DNA of 64,000 nt from Escherichia coli (GCF_003334335.1 NZ_QOWQ01000013.1); one strand, 5' to 3'; positions 1 through 14,621 are shown, numbered from the stretch's first letter. Notes: generated by a model from the sequence alone, not told the origin. Numbers and translations are program-made.

Positions 1-928
<928 letters not shown>

Positions 929-958
929 TCAAATTTAAATGATCAGATCAGTATACCG

Positions 959-2281
959 TTATTCGCTGATACGGCGATAGACAGTTGGTGTGCTTTCCGG
1001 TGCTTTATCGGCAAGTTTAATTGCCGCTTTCACCGCTTTCGCCGCTTCCTGCCAGCTGTTTTCGTCTTTCGCGTGGATAACCGCCAGCGGACGCTGACCG
1101 TCTACCTGGTCGCCCAAACGCGCCATATCAGTAAAGCCGACGCTGTAATCGATGGTGTCAGATGCCTGACGACGACCGCCGCCCATTGCAACCACTGCCA
1201 TCCCCAGCGCGCGGGTATCCATTTCACTGACAAAACCTTCGGTATCAGCATAGACTGCTTTCGTCAGCATCGCTGTCGGCAGATACTTCGCGTAGTTCTC
1301 AACGAAGTCGGTCGGGCCTTTTTGTGCCGCTACCATACGACCAAAGACTTCTGCCGCTTTACCGTTGTCCAGCACCGCCTGCAATTTCGCGCGCGCTTCG
1401 GCGTCATCTTTCGCCAGTTTGCCGGAGATCAGCATCTCCACACACAGCGCCATCGTGACATCAAACAGACGCGGGTTACGATATTCACCCGTCAGGAACT
1501 GCACCGCTTCACGAACTTCAACCGCGTTACCGGCACTGGAGGCCAGCACCTGATTCATATCGGTGAGCAGCGCGGTGGTGCGCACGCCAGCGCCGTTAGC
1601 CACGCCAACAATCGCTTCAGCAAGGGCTTCAGAGAGTTCGTAGGTCGGCATAAATGCACCGCTACCCACTTTCACGTCCATCACCAGCGCATCCAGACCT
1701 TCCGCCAGTTTCTTCGCCAGGATCGAGGCAGTGATCAGCGGGATGGAGTCCACGGTTGCGGTAATATCACGGGTCGCGTAGAAACGTTTATCCGCCGGAG
1801 CCAGTGAGCTGGTCTGACCGATAATCGCCACGCCGACGTCTTTAATAATTTCGCGGAAACGGTTGTCATCCGGGAAAATGTCGAAGCCAGGGATGGATTC
1901 CAGTTTGTCGAGCGTACCGCCAGTATGACCGAGGCCGCGACCGGAGATCATCGGAATATAGCCGCCGCAGGCAGCGACCATCGGCCCCAACATCAGCGAA
2001 GTGACGTCGCCGACGCCACCAGTGGAATGTTTATCAACAATCGGGCCATTCAGATGCAGGCTTTTCCAGTCGAGAACGGTTCCTGAATCTCGCATCGCCA
2101 TGGTCAGCGAGACACGCTCAGGCATTGTCATATCGTGGAAGAAAATGGTCATCGCGAGGGCGGCAATCTGCCCTTCGGAGATAGTGTTGTCGCGAATACC
2201 GTTGATAAAGAAACGAATTTCTTCATCGCTCAGCGCATGACCATCACGTTTTTTACGAATAATTTCTTGTGCGAGAAACAA
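959..2281 (-). CDS. deoA: Thymidine phosphorylase
   Basis: 440-aa ORF; [31 protein letters not shown] ... KHSTGGVGD motif; synteny between deoB and deoC. Confidence 0.95.
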
Positions 2282-2310
2282 GGTAACCTCCCGTGGAAAA
2301 GAGTATGAGG

Positions 2311-2395
2311 CGGCTTTTGCCGGATGCGTCTACGCCTTATCCGGCCTACGGGTAGATACGTCTCGTAGGCCTGATAAGCGCAGCGCATCAGGCGT
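2311..2395. repeat. REP/BIME palindromic element in deoA-deoC intergenic region
   Basis: gccggatgcg...gccttatccggcctac and inverted partner ...gtaggcctgataagcgcagcgcatcaggc typical of REP units. Confidence 0.7.
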
Positions 2396-2407
2396 AAAGC
2401 ATCTTAC

Positions 2408-3187
2408 TTAGTAGCTGCTGGCGCTCTTACCGTCGCCGTGGCCCAGCGCTTTCAACAGGCTTGCCAGCAGGCTGGAAGCGCCAAAGCGGTAGTGACGCGC
2501 ATCTGCCCAGTCAGCACCGAACAGTTCATCTGCAATCGCGAGATATTTCTGCGCATCTTCCGCAGTACGCACGCCGCCCGCTGGTTTGAAACCAACGGTT
2601 TTTTCTACGCCCATATCACGGATCACTTCCATCATGATGCGCGCGCTTTCCGGCGTCGCGTTCACAGCCACTTTACCGGTAGAGGTTTTGATGAAGTCCG
2701 CACCCGCTTTGATGGAGATTTCAGACGCTTTACGGATCAGCGCTTCGTCTTTTAGTTCGCCGGTTTCGATGATCACTTTCAGCAGTACATTCGCTGCCGC
2801 GCAAGCCTCTTTACAGGCTTTCACCAGGTCAAAACCAACCTGCTCGTTACCCGCCATCAGCGCGCGGTACGGGAACACCACGTCAACTTCATCGGCACCG
2901 TAGGCGATTGCCGCACGGGTTTCTGCCAGCGCGATTTCGATGTCGTCGTTACCGTGTGGGAAGTTGGTTACCGTAGCAATACGGATTTCCGGGGTGCCCT
3001 GCTCTTTCAGTGTTTTGCGAGCAATCGGGATAAAGCGAGGATAGATACAGATAGCGGCGGTATTGCCGACCGGGGTTTTGGCCTGATGACACAGAGCAAT
3101 TACTTTCTCGTCGGTGTCGTCGTCATTCAGGGTGGTCAGGTCCATTAATTTCAGTGCACGCAGGCTGCTTGCTTTCAGATCAGTCAT
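2408..3187 (-). CDS. deoC: Deoxyribose-phosphate aldolase
   Basis: Track ORF 2408..3211; N-terminus as I recall it ([24 protein letters not shown]) begins at the 9th codon, giving 259 aa with start codon at 3185-3187. Confidence 0.95.
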
Positions 3188-3231
3188 TTCATTCTCCTGG
3201 CTTGTCGCCAATAAAATTCACCTTGCGAGTT

Positions 3232-3247
3232 TGTTAGTATTCTAACA
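3232..3247. promoter_or_regulatory. DeoR operator-like 16-bp palindrome (deoP2-proximal, O2)
   Basis: TGTTAGTATTCTAACA about 45 bp upstream of the deoC start; near-perfect match to the DeoR operator palindrome TGTTAGAA/TTCTAACA. Confidence 0.7.
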
Positions 3248-3444
3248 TCTACTCCGCAACACACTTCGATATACATCACAATTAAGGAAATCTACTTACA
3301 AGTTTGCATCACTGTAATGCGATCTGGTTCAAATAATTCACTTTCAAATGAATGCGTCAGTGGTGGCAAACGCATCAGGATCAAAGTGAACATCACGAAA
3401 CTTCTTACAATGGCGCATCACCTTCGGCATAAAAGGAAAAGAAG

Positions 3445-4995
3445 ATGCCCACTTCTCATGAAAATGCACTGCAACAACGTTGCCAGCAAATTGTCACCAG
3501 CCCAGTGCTTAGCCCGGAGCAGAAGCGCCATTTTCTGGCACTGGAAGCAGAAAACAATCTGCCTTATCCGCAGCTGCCTGCCGAGGCCCGCCGCGCGCTG
3601 GATGAGGGTGTAATCTGCGATATGTTTGAAGGTCATGCGCCGTACAAACCGCGCTATGTCTTACCCGATTACGCCCGTTTTCTGGCGAACGGTTCCGAAT
3701 GGCTGGAGCTGGAAGGCGCGAAAGATCTTGATGACGCACTCTCTCTGCTGACCATTCTTTACCACCACGTACCGTCGGTCACATCGATGCCGGTCTACCT
3801 GGGGCAACTGGATGCGTTGTTGCAACCGTATGTTAGAATTCTAACACAAGACGAGATCGATGTTCGAATAAAACGTTTCTGGCGTTACCTCGACAGAACC
3901 CTGCCAGACGCCTTTATGCACGCCAATATCGGCCCGTCTGATTCGCCCATTACCCGCGCGATCTTACGTGCAGACGCAGAGTTGAAGCAGGTTTCACCGA
4001 ACCTGACCTTTATCTACGATCCTGAAATCACCCCTGATGACCTGCTGCTGGAAGTGGCGAAGAACATCTGTGAATGTAGCAAACCGCACATCGCCAACGG
4101 TCCGGTGCATGATAAAATTTTCACAAAAGGGGGCTACGGGATTGTGAGCTGTTACAACTCACTGCCGCTGGCGGGTGGTGGCAGCACGCTGGTACGCCTT
4201 AACCTGAAAGCCATTGCCGAGCGCAGCGAATCGCTGGATGACTTCTTTACGCGCACTCTACCGCACTACTGCCAGCAGCAGATCGCCATCATCGATGCGC
4301 GGTGTGAATTCCTCTATCAACAATCACACTTCTTTGAGAATAGCTTCCTGGTGAAAGAAGGGCTGATTAACCCTGAACGTTTTGTGCCAATGTTTGGCAT
4401 GTATGGGCTGGCGGAAGCGGTTAACTTGCTGTGTGAGAAAGAAGGGATTGCCGCACGTTACGGTAAAGAAGCCGCCGCAAATGAAGTGGGTTATCGCATC
4501 AGCGCGCAACTGGCGGAGTTTGTCGCCAATACCCCCGTGAAATATGGCTGGCAAAAACGCGCCATGTTACACGCACAGTCGGGGATCAGTTCCGATATCG
4601 GCACCACGCCGGGCGCGCGTTTGCCGTATGGCGATGAGCCAGATCCGATCACCCATCTGCAAACTGTCGCCCCGCATCATGCTTATTATTATTCCGGCAT
4701 CAGCGACATTCTGACCCTCGACGAAACCATCAAACGTAACCCGCAGGCACTGGTACAGCTTTGCCTCGGTGCCTTTAAAGCCGGAATGCGTGAATTTACC
4801 GCCAATGTCAGCGGTAACGATCTGGTTCGCGTTACCGGTTATATGGTGCGTTTGTCGGATTTAGAAAAATATCGCGCCGAAGGTTCACGCACCAACACCA
4901 CCTGGCTGGGCGAAGAAGCCGCACGCAACACTCGTATTCTGGAACGCCAGCCGCGCGTGATAAGCCATGAACAGCAGATGCGCTTTAGTCAGTAA
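3445..4995 (+). CDS. yjjI: YjjI-family putative glycyl-radical enzyme (DUF3029)
   Basis: 516-aa ORF; 3' end overlaps the downstream radical-SAM activase gene; conserved position between deoC and yjjW. Confidence 0.85.
   Translation: MPTSHENALQQRCQQIVTSPVLSPEQKRHFLALEAENNLPYPQLPAEARRALDEGVICDMFEGHAPYKPRYVLPDYARFLANGSEWLELEGAKDLDDALSLLTILYHHVPSVTSMPVYLGQLDALLQPYVRILTQDEIDVRIKRFWRYLDRTLPDAFMHANIGPSDSPITRAILRADAELKQVSPNLTFIYDPEITPDDLLLEVAKNICECSKPHIANGPVHDKIFTKGGYGIVSCYNSLPLAGGGSTLVRLNLKAIAERSESLDDFFTRTLPHYCQQQIAIIDARCEFLYQQSHFFENSFLVKEGLINPERFVPMFGMYGLAEAVNLLCEKEGIAARYGKEAAANEVGYRISAQLAEFVANTPVKYGWQKRAMLHAQSGISSDIGTTPGARLPYGDEPDPITHLQTVAPHHAYYYSGISDILTLDETIKRNPQALVQLCLGAFKAGMREFTANVSGNDLVRVTGYMVRLSDLEKYRAEGSRTNTTWLGEEAARNTRILERQPRVISHEQQMRFSQ
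3831..3846. promoter_or_regulatory. DeoR operator, perfect palindrome (deoP1-associated, O1), inside yjjI coding sequence
   Basis: TGTTAGAATTCTAACA perfect 16-bp palindrome, exactly 599 bp from the 3232 palindrome; that spacing matches the two-operator deo promoter architecture as I recall it. Confidence 0.7.
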
Positions 4996-5830
4996 GATTA
5001 TCCCCTTCTCCTGCGTTGACGGGCCAGGCAGTCGTCTGGCTCTGTTTTTGCAGGGCTGCAATCTGCGCTGCAAAAACTGTCACAATCCGTGGACGATGGG
5101 ACGCTGCAATGATTGCGGAGAGTGCGTGCCACAGTGTCCGCATCAGGCGTTGCAGATTGTTGACGGCAAAGTGATGTGGAACGCTGTGGTCTGCGAGCAA
5201 TGTGATACCTGCCTGAAGATGTGTCCGCAACATGCCACGCCGATGGCGCAATCCATGAGCGTGGACGAAGTGCTTAGCCATGTCCGCAAAGCAGTGCTGT
5301 TTATCGAAGGGGTAACGGTAAGCGGCGGTGAAGCCACGACCCAGCTGCCGTTTGTGGTGGCGCTGTTTACTGCTATCAAAAACGATCCGCAACTGCACCA
5401 TCTCACCTGTCTGGTGGACAGTAACGGTATGTTGAGCGAAACCGGCTGGGAAAAATTGCTTCCGGTGTGCGACGGCGCAATGCTCGATCTCAAAGCGTGG
5501 GGGAGCGAATGTCATCAGCAATTAACCGGACGCGATAATCAGCAGATTAAGCGCAGCATCTGTTTGCTGGCAGAGCGTGGCAAGCTGGCAGAACTGCGTT
5601 TGCTGGTAATCCCTGGCCAGGTGGATTATTTGCAACACATCGAAGAACTGGCGGCGTTTATCAAGGGACTTGGCGATGTTCCGGTACGCCTGAACGCGTT
5701 TCATGCCCACGGCGTGTATGGCGAGGCGCAAAGCTGGGCGAGCGCCACGCCGGAAGACGTTGAGCCGTTGGCTGATGCATTAAAGGTGCGCGGGGTGAGC
5801 CGGTTGATATTTCCGGCGCTCTATTTGTGA
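4967..5830 (+). CDS. yjjW: Glycyl-radical enzyme activating protein (radical SAM, extra ferredoxin-like Cys clusters)
   Basis: 287 aa; [11 protein letters not shown] radical-SAM cysteine motif plus additional Cys-rich clusters ([24 protein letters not shown]); overlaps yjjI by 29 nt. Confidence 0.85.
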   Translation: MNSRCALVSKIIPFSCVDGPGSRLALFLQGCNLRCKNCHNPWTMGRCNDCGECVPQCPHQALQIVDGKVMWNAVVCEQCDTCLKMCPQHATPMAQSMSVDEVLSHVRKAVLFIEGVTVSGGEATTQLPFVVALFTAIKNDPQLHHLTCLVDSNGMLSETGWEKLLPVCDGAMLDLKAWGSECHQQLTGRDNQQIKRSICLLAERGKLAELRLLVIPGQVDYLQHIEELAAFIKGLGDVPVRLNAFHAHGVYGEAQSWASATPEDVEPLADALKVRGVSRLIFPALYL

Positions 5831-5831
5831 C

Positions 5832-7128
<1,297 letters not shown>

Positions 7129-7132
<4 letters not shown>

Positions 7133-8238
7133 GCCAGATCCTCATTGTTAAATGTCGGGTCGTTCGCCTGCGGAGCATCGCTCACTTCGGCAACCAGCGT
7201 ATCGTTGGCGACTGGCGCAGGCGGAATAACGATCGATTCCGGCGTCACCACTGGCACCAGATGGCGGGTAAGCGGCGCTTTTTCAGTTAATAGCTTGCCA
7301 ACCGTGGCGAGGAAATATCGCCCGCATAAACGCCCAAGTTTATAGTCTTCACGCAGCGCCGGAATCCGACTGCCAAGCGCGATACTATGTAATGGCTTCG
7401 GTGGATAAATTTCGAATATCCGCAGCTTGCCCGGTGGTTTCTCAATAAATTGCTGGATGTCACGATAGCTGGTTTCATGATGCTGCACCAGATTGACCAG
7501 CGGCTGCAGGCTACTGTCACCCAGCCAGCGTTCCATGCGTTTGAACCACTGCGGCGTGTAGTACATTTGTGACGGCACAGTGCGAATGACGACCAACGTT
7601 TTAGCGCCCTGCCTTGCCGCCTCTTTAACCGGAATCGCATCACTGATCCCGCCATCCAGGTAGTTAATGCCTTCCAGCGACACTCCGCTACGATAAAAGC
7701 CAGGTATCGCACTGGAGGCGCGAATCACATCCAGCCAGTTTTGTTTGGTTGGTAAAAAGTAATTCGGCGCATAGTCATCCTGACGACAGGCGCACATATA
7801 AAACGATTTGCCGCTGTCAAACAACCGCGCGGCGGTATCCATTTGCAACGGCATCTGACTTGCGGTGGCCTCCACCAGCCAGTCGAGATCGATAAGATTT
7901 CCTCCACGCACAAAGCGCAATGGATCGAAAAATTCGCGTTTTGTGGTATAGCGCATGATGACTTTGCGCGCGTAACCGGGCTGATTGCAGATATACGCCG
8001 AGAGGTTCTGCGCCCCGGCAGATGTGCCGAGATAAAGATCGAAAGGATTAAACTGCGCGCGCATAAACTCATCCAGCACGCCAGCCGTGAAAATTCCACG
8101 CTGTCCGCCGCCTTCGCACACCAGAGCTATTCGTCCAGGCTGGAACGGCCTTAGCGACAACGGCGCAATATTACCAAGCGTTACAGGTATTCGCTGCCCC
8201 ACCTCTGCCTTCCTGTTTTTGTTGTGAAAGAATGACAA
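7129..8238 (-). CDS. yjjU: Patatin-like phospholipase family protein
   Basis: 369-aa ORF with GGGQRG glycine-rich loop and GTSAG serine motif; true start may be the GTG about 12 codons downstream (about 8202). Confidence 0.8.
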
Positions 8239-8323
8239 AGTAACGCAATTTATTATTCGCTAAAACCGCAAAAGCCAGTCCGCTGGACTGGCTTTGGATA
8301 AAATTTTCTTAATGGTCTGAAAT

Positions 8324-8485
8324 CTAGGGTCGTTTTCGGCCCATGAACAAACTCACCAGGAACAGAATAATCCCGACGACAAAGACAATTTTAGCTGCGC
8401 CTGCAGCGGTACCGGCCAGACCACCAAACCCAAGTGCGGCGGCGATTAACGCGATAACCAGAAATATGATGCCCCAACGAAACAT
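8324..8485 (-). CDS. ytjA: Small membrane protein, DUF1328 family
   Basis: 53-aa product [25 protein letters not shown]... from the internal Met of track ORF 8324..8515. Confidence 0.75.
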
Positions 8486-8611
8486 AAGCGTCTCCTTTAC
8501 CATAGTTAATGTCACCGCTTGATATGAGCGTGAAAATCACTCAATGCGATATTTTTAGTGTGGTGCACATCGCGCCTCCCGACAAAGTTCGGGAGGACGA
8601 ATTACGACGAA

Positions 8612-9217
8612 TTACTTAGTTTTCAGATCATTTTTAACGCTTTTCACACCATCTACCGCTTTGGCGATACTTTCAGCACGGTCGCTCTGTGCCTGGGAAT
8701 CGACGGTACCGGAGAGCTGAACCACGCCGTCGGTGGTTTCAACTTTCACATGACGGGAAGGGACGATATCGTCCGCCAGCAGTTTGGCTTTGATTTCACT
8801 GGTGGTGGCGGTGTCACCCGCGTAGCCCTTCACCGAGCCTTCTTTAGCGTCGCGAACGTGCAGTTTGTCGCTGACAGAGGTCACCCCTTCAACGCCTTTC
8901 GCCACTTTCACTGCCTCTTCGGCCTGGGCCTGGCTTTCAACGAAACCGCTCAGGGTCACGACTTTTTGATCGGTTTTTACAGAGATATCGGTGCTCTTGA
9001 TGTTGTCATGATCCACCAGGGCCGCCTTCACTTTCGCGGTGATGGCGCTGTCATCCATGAAATTACCGACTTTATTCATAGAGCTATCGACTTTTTGCCC
9101 TGCGCTTTCATTGGTAGTCTGTGCGTTGTTTTCCGCGTAGGCAGAGCCGGTCGCGACGGCAGAGGTCAACATTACAGCCAGCAGAGTTTTCGAAATCTTC
9201 AGTCTTGTCATAGTCAT
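8612..9217 (-). CDS. osmY: Osmotically inducible periplasmic protein OsmY (two BON domains)
   Basis: Product from [28 protein letters not shown] (signal peptide) within track ORF 8612..9295; 201 aa. Confidence 0.9.
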
Positions 9218-9609
9218 CGATTTATTCCTGTATGTTTGCTCGTAATTTGAGCCTGGCAACACGAGGTTGCATTGCTGAATAGGGAGAGACTTCACCCTCT
9301 ACAGAAGTCAATGGTCGCCATCACAAAAGCGATGGGTGATGAATAACGACCATTACAGCCTCTGAATCAGTTATTAATATCGGTAGAATGACAATCGACG
9401 GCTTTAGATACTGATATCTACGCATTGAACGGTATTTAACGCCGTCAGAAATGTCATTACTTTGTTAAATATAGATCACAATTTTGAAACCGCTCGGGAT
9501 ATCAGCGAAAACATAAGCAAAAGTGAATGTTTTAAGAACATTCCGTAAGCGGCTAATAAGGAAGGGAAATTGACAGGGCGCAGCGGCTACCGCGCCCTGG
9601 AGGCAAGAA

Positions 9610-11199
9610 TTAATGCTCGCGGGTCTGGTGGAACTGAACGTCCGGATAACGTTCCTGCGCCAGGCGCAGGTTGACCATGCTGGTAGCGATGTAAGCGAGG
9701 TTATCGCCGCCATCAAGCGCCAGTTGGCTTTCGTTCTTACGCTTGAACTCTTCGAATTTCTTCGCGTCCGCACATTCTACCCAGCGGGCAGTGGCAACGT
9801 TGACTGATTCATATACTGCTTCAACGTTGTATTCGCTCTTCAGGCGCGATACCACCACATCAAACTGCAGCACACCAACAGCACCAACGATCAAATCGTT
9901 GTTGGAGATCGGACGGAACACCTGCACCGCGCCCTCTTCGGAAAGCTGTACCAGCCCTTTGAGCAGCTGTTTTTGCTTCAGCGGATCTTTCAGGCGGATA
10001 CGACGGAACAGTTCTGGTGCGAAGTTCGGAATACCGGTGAACTTCATCATCTCACCCTGGGTAAAGGTGTCGCCGATCTGAATAGTGCCGTGGTTGTGCA
10101 GGCCGAGGATATCGCCCGGATACGCTTCTTCAACGTGCGAACGGTCGCCCGCCATAAAGGTCAGCGCGTCGGAGATAACCACATCTTTCGCAGTACGCAC
10201 CTGGCGCAGCTTCATGCCTTTTTCATATTTACCGGATACTACGCGCATAAACGCCACGCGGTCGCGGTGTTTCGGGTCCATGTTGGCCTGAATTTTAAAT
10301 ACGAAGCCGGTAAATTTGTCTTCGCTCGCCTCTACGGTACGGGTATCAGTCTGACGCGGCATCGGCGCAGGGGCCCACTCCACCAGGCCATCCAGCATAT
10401 GATCAACGCCGAAGTTACCCAGCGCAGTACCGAAGAATACCGGAGTGATTTCGCCCGCAAGGAACAATTCTTTGTCGAACTCGTTAGACGCGCCTTTCAC
10501 CAGTTCCAGTTCGTCACGTAGCTGCTGTGCCAGATCTTCACCAACCGCAGCGTCGAGATCCGGGTTATTCAGCCCTTTAACAATACGGACTTCCTGAATC
10601 GTGTGGCCTTTACCGCTCTGATAGAGATAGGTTTCGTCTTTATAAAGGTGGTAAACGCCTTTAAACAGCTTGCCGCAGCCAATCGGCCAGGTGATCGGTG
10701 CGCAGCCGATTTTCAGCTCGTTCTCAACTTCATCGAGCAGTTCCATCGGGTCGCGGATATCACGGTCAAGTTTGTTCATAAAGGTGAGGATCGGCGTGTC
10801 GCGCAGACGGGTAACTTCCATCAGCTTACGGGTACGATCTTCAACACCTTTTGCAGCGTCGATAACCATCAGGCAGCAGTCCACCGCCGTCAGGGTACGA
10901 TAGGTATCTTCCGAGAAGTCTTCGTGCCCCGGGGTGTCGAGCAGGTTAACCAGGCAATCGTGATACGGAAACTGCATCACAGACGTAGTAATGGAGATCC
11001 CACGCTGCTTTTCCATCTCCATCCAGTCCGACTTAGCGTGCTGGTTGGAACCACGGCCTTTTACTGTACCGGCGGTCTGAATGGCCTGTCCGAACAGCAG
11101 CACCTTCTCGGTGATGGTAGTCTTACCGGCATCCGGGTGAGAAATAATGGCAAAAGTGCGGCGCTTCGCCACCTCTTGCAAATAAGGAGACAACGTCAT
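9610..11199 (-). CDS. prfC: Peptide chain release factor 3 (GTPase)
   Basis: [28 protein letters not shown] (G1 motif) from the internal Met of track ORF 9610..11226; 529 aa. Confidence 0.95.
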
Positions 11200-11289
11200 A
11201 ATTCTTTCTTCTTGAGTAAGCGGCATCGCGCCGCGCTTGTTGAAAACGAAAAATTGCGGCTATTTTACCCATCAACGGGGGGGAGGCAA

Positions 11290-11967
11290 TCAGTGTTTAC
11301 ACAGGAGCTGCTCCAGTTCGTGCAACGAAGAAACGGTCCAGGTGGGCGCGATGCCTTCTGGTTGCTCGCGATGGTGCGCATTCAGCCAGCAGGTCGCAAG
11401 CCCGGCGTTGATGCCACCGAGAATATCGGACTCGGCAGTGTCGCCAACCATCAGCACGCGTGAACGGTCAGGATTGCCCGCCTGTTCCAGCGCATAATCG
11501 AAAATTTTCTTATTCGGTTTGGCAACGCCAACTTCTTCGGAAATCACCAGCAAATCGAAGTAATCACGCAGGCCCGTGCGTTCCAGACGCACTTGCTGCA
11601 AGGCGCTAAAGCCGTTGGTGATGATGCCGATTTTGGCGTTGCCACGAATGGCGTTAAGCAGAGAAACCGCGCCCGGCAGCGGCGTGCAGATTTCCGCCAT
11701 CGCATTAATAAAGGCATCGTTAAGCAAGCCTGCTTCAACTTTCAGCCGTTCGGCCCAGCTCTCAAAACGCCCGTGCTGAAGCTGTAATGAAGTGATCGCG
11801 CCGTTTTGATAATCCACCCACAGTGGCTTGTTAACGGCCTGATAGTCCTGAAAATCTTCAGCGGTAAAGGTGACGCTGTAATCAAGAAACATCCGCTGCA
11901 GGCCGGTGAATGAGTCAAAGGTAAACAGCGTTTCATCGGCATCAAAGAAAATCCAGTCCCACTTCAT
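11290..11967 (-). CDS. yjjG: HAD-family pyrimidine 5'-nucleotidase
   Basis: 225 aa; [18 protein letters not shown] motif I (DxDxT). Confidence 0.9.
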   Translation of the reverse strand: MKWDWIFFDADETLFTFDSFTGLQRMFLDYSVTFTAEDFQDYQAVNKPLWVDYQNGAITSLQLQHGRFESWAERLKVEAGLLNDAFINAMAEICTPLPGAVSLLNAIRGNAKIGIITNGFSALQQVRLERTGLRDYFDLLVISEEVGVAKPNKKIFDYALEQAGNPDRSRVLMVGDTAESDILGGINAGLATCWLNAHHREQPEGIAPTWTVSSLHELEQLLCKH

Positions 11968-11981
11968 TATTCCACCTTGTC

Positions 11982-12428
11982 TTACATACTGATTGGCAAC
12001 GCCATGATGATGGCGTCTTCGCGACCGTCCGTGGTGGGGTAGTAATTGCGGCGAATCGTCGCCTCGTTAAAGCCTAAACTTTCGTACAGGGCAATGGCGG
12101 CAGCATTTGAGGCACGGACTTCCAGCCATAGTGTCGCCACGCCGCGTTTTTCCAGTTCGTCGATCAGATGTTCCAGCAGCACCCTTCCCAATCCCTGACG
12201 CTGATAGTCAGGATCGACCGCAATATTGAACAATGTAGCTTCATCCAGCACCACTTGCGTAATCGCAAACGCCGCCATTTTGCCGTTTTGCGTTAACTGA
12301 AAGTTGAGATAACGCTCGCCCTGGTTGCTGGCAAAGGTTTTTTCACTCCACGGAAAGGCGTGGGCGCGTTGTTCAATGTGGTAAGCCGCCGGTAAATCAG
12401 TCGTTTCGAGGGAAGAAATCGTGTTCAT
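11982..12428 (-). CDS. rimI: Ribosomal protein S18 alanine N-acetyltransferase
   Basis: 148 aa GNAT fold ([13 protein letters not shown]); synteny with holD. Confidence 0.9.
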   Translation of the reverse strand: MNTISSLETTDLPAAYHIEQRAHAFPWSEKTFASNQGERYLNFQLTQNGKMAAFAITQVVLDEATLFNIAVDPDYQRQGLGRVLLEHLIDELEKRGVATLWLEVRASNAAAIALYESLGFNEATIRRNYYPTTDGREDAIIMALPISM

Positions 12429-12810
12429 ATGTGCAAATTTGTTGCCATAACGCGGCGCGTGCCGTTGGGTTTGCCCGTAATTCGGTGAGCGCCGGTGATG
12501 CCACCTGAGCGCCTTCCAGTGATAGCGGTTCGTCAGTACCCAACCGCCAGCTGTTGCAGCGACTGCCTTGCGGCAGCATCGCGATTTTTTCTGGCGTCAG
12601 TTGCAGCACTTGATCGGGGCTGACGGTTAATGCGCGCAGAACATCGCTCACTAAAGGATCGGTCAGGGCGGGAAGATCGTTTGCCACCATCACCAGACGG
12701 ACGTGTGCCGGGATCGCAATGGCAATCTCCCCCTGCAACGCGCCAGGGCGACGCAGCGACCACTGGGTAATGCCCAGTTGCTGTAACTGCCAGTCTCGTC
12801 GGGATGTCAT
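12397..12810 (-). CDS. holD: DNA polymerase III psi subunit
   Basis: 137 aa MTSRRDWQLQQLGITQWSLRRP; 32-nt overlap with rimI. Confidence 0.9.
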   Translation of the reverse strand: MTSRRDWQLQQLGITQWSLRRPGALQGEIAIAIPAHVRLVMVANDLPALTDPLVSDVLRALTVSPDQVLQLTPEKIAMLPQGSRCNSWRLGTDEPLSLEGAQVASPALTELRANPTARAALWQQICTYEHDFFPRND

Positions 12811-12912
12811 AGCGAATCGCTCCTGTTGTCAGGGGCGCAAATATAGCAAATTCGTCGATACCGCGCCAACATATGGCTATAATCGCCGCCAGTATCAATT
12901 GAGGAGCATTCC

Positions 12913-13944
12913 ATGTCTGCATTTACCCCGGCAAGTGAAGTCTTGCTGCGTCACAGTGATGATTTCGAACAAAGCCGTATTCTGTTTGCCGGAGACTTAC
13001 AGGATGACCTGCCCGCGCGTTTAGATACCGCGGCCAGCCGTGCTCATACCCAGCAATTTCACCACTGGCAGGTGTTAAGCCGCCAGATGGGGGATAACGC
13101 CCGTTTTAGTCTGGTCGCCACGGCGGATGACGTCGCAGATTGCGATACGCTGATTTACTACTGGCCGAAGAACAAACCGGAAGCCCAGTTCCAGTTGATG
13201 AATTTACTTTCTCTGCTGCCGGTGGGCACTGATATTTTTGTCGTTGGCGAGAACCGCAGCGGCGTGCGCAGCGCCGAGCAGATGCTGGCTGATTATGCGC
13301 CGTTGAATAAAGTCGACAGCGCCCGTCGCTGTGGCCTCTATTTTGGTCGTCTGGAAAAACAGCCGGTATTTGATGCCGATAAATTCTGGGGCGAATACAG
13401 CGTCGATGGCCTGACGGTCAAAACGCTGCCTGGCGTGTTTAGCCGCGACGGTCTGGATGTCGGTAGCCAGTTGCTACTCTCGACGTTAACCCCGCACACG
13501 AAAGGTAAAGTGCTGGATGTCGGCTGTGGCGCGGGTGTGCTTTCAGTTGCCTTTGCGCGCCATTCACCGAAAATTCGTCTCACCTTGTGCGATGTCTCTG
13601 CCCCGGCGGTAGAAGCCAGCCGTGCGACGCTTGCGGCCAACGGTGTTGAAGGTGAAGTCTTTGCCAGCAACGTCTTTTCCGAGGTGAAAGGTCGTTTTGA
13701 TATGATCATCTCCAACCCGCCGTTCCACGATGGGATGCAAACCAGCCTGGATGCGGCGCAAACGCTGATTCGCGGCGCGGTGCGTCATCTTAATAGCGGC
13801 GGCGAGCTGCGAATTGTAGCGAACGCCTTCCTGCCTTATCCGGACGTGCTGGATGAGACATTTGGCTTCCACGAAGTGATCGCGCAAACAGGGCGCTTCA
13901 AGGTGTATCGCGCCATTATGACCCGCCAGGCGAAGAAAGGTTAA
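12913..13944 (+). CDS. rsmC: 16S rRNA (guanine1207-N2)-methyltransferase
   Basis: 343 aa; SAM-binding [11 protein letters not shown] and NPPFH catalytic motif. Confidence 0.9.
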   Translation: MSAFTPASEVLLRHSDDFEQSRILFAGDLQDDLPARLDTAASRAHTQQFHHWQVLSRQMGDNARFSLVATADDVADCDTLIYYWPKNKPEAQFQLMNLLSLLPVGTDIFVVGENRSGVRSAEQMLADYAPLNKVDSARRCGLYFGRLEKQPVFDADKFWGEYSVDGLTVKTLPGVFSRDGLDVGSQLLLSTLTPHTKGKVLDVGCGAGVLSVAFARHSPKIRLTLCDVSAPAVEASRATLAANGVEGEVFASNVFSEVKGRFDMIISNPPFHDGMQTSLDAAQTLIRGAVRHLNSGGELRIVANAFLPYPDVLDETFGFHEVIAQTGRFKVYRAIMTRQAKKG

Positions 13945-14140
<196 letters not shown>

Positions 14141-14175
14141 TTTCCAGCAATTACACCTCCGGCGATAATTAACTA

Positions 14176-14203
14176 TTGACGAAAAGCTGAAAACCACTAG
14201 AAT
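14176..14203 (+). promoter_or_regulatory. Sigma-70 promoter for tRNA-Leu (TTGACG -35, 16-bp spacer, TAGAAT -10, GC-rich discriminator)
   Basis: ttgacg at 14176-14181 and tagaat at 14198-14203, followed by gcgcctcc discriminator typical of stringently controlled stable-RNA promoters, about 40 bp upstream of the tRNA. Confidence 0.65.
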
Positions 14204-14244
14204 GCGCCTCCGTGGTAGCAATTCTTTTTAAGAATTGATGGTAT

Positions 14245-14331
14245 GCGAAGGTGGCGGAATTGGTAGACGCGCTAGCTTCAGGTGTTAGTGTCCTTACGGA
14301 CGTGGGGGTTCAAGTCCCCCCCCTCGCACCA
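14245..14331 (+). tRNA. leuQ: tRNA-Leu (anticodon CAG)
   Basis: GCGAAGGTGGCGGAATTGGTAGACGCGCTAGCTTCAGGTGTTAGTGTCCTTACGGACGTGGGGGTTCAAGTCCCCCCCCTCGCACCA; type II tRNA with long variable arm, CAG anticodon in CTTCAGGT loop, encoded CCA end. Single copy here; which of leuQ/P/V it corresponds to is not determinable. Confidence 0.9.
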
Positions 14332-14369
14332 ATTATCTTTACTTCCTTTCTTGTTTCTTCCCTGTTTTG

Positions 14370-14606
14370 TCATCCCTGATTCAAATTCATTAGCATCAGC
14401 ATGATGCCAGCACTAAGCGTCAGGCACGATGGTAGCAAAACGTAATGCCGTAACTGTTTGTGATACAGCATCACCGGCGTCAATACTAATCCCATAAGAA
14501 TGACAATCCGCCATTGATCCGGCGATAAATCCGCATACATCAGCCCTGCAATCAGCAATCCTGGCAGCAACACTCCCCAGCCACTGCCCAGCGTACGTTG
14601 CAACAT
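14370..14606 (-). CDS. yjjZ: Small membrane protein YjjZ
   Basis: 78-aa product MLQRTLGSGWGVLLPGLLIAGLMYADL... from the internal Met of track ORF 14370..14717. Confidence 0.7.
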   Translation of the reverse strand: MLQRTLGSGWGVLLPGLLIAGLMYADLSPDQWRIVILMGLVLTPVMLYHKQLRHYVLLPSCLTLSAGIMLMLMNLNQG

Positions 14607-14621
14607 GGTTTCATCTCTTTC

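Noticed and set aside
10603-11463. 286-aa plus-strand ORF overlapping prfC and yjjG
   Set aside because: Antisense to two well-supported genes and spans their intergenic region; artefact.
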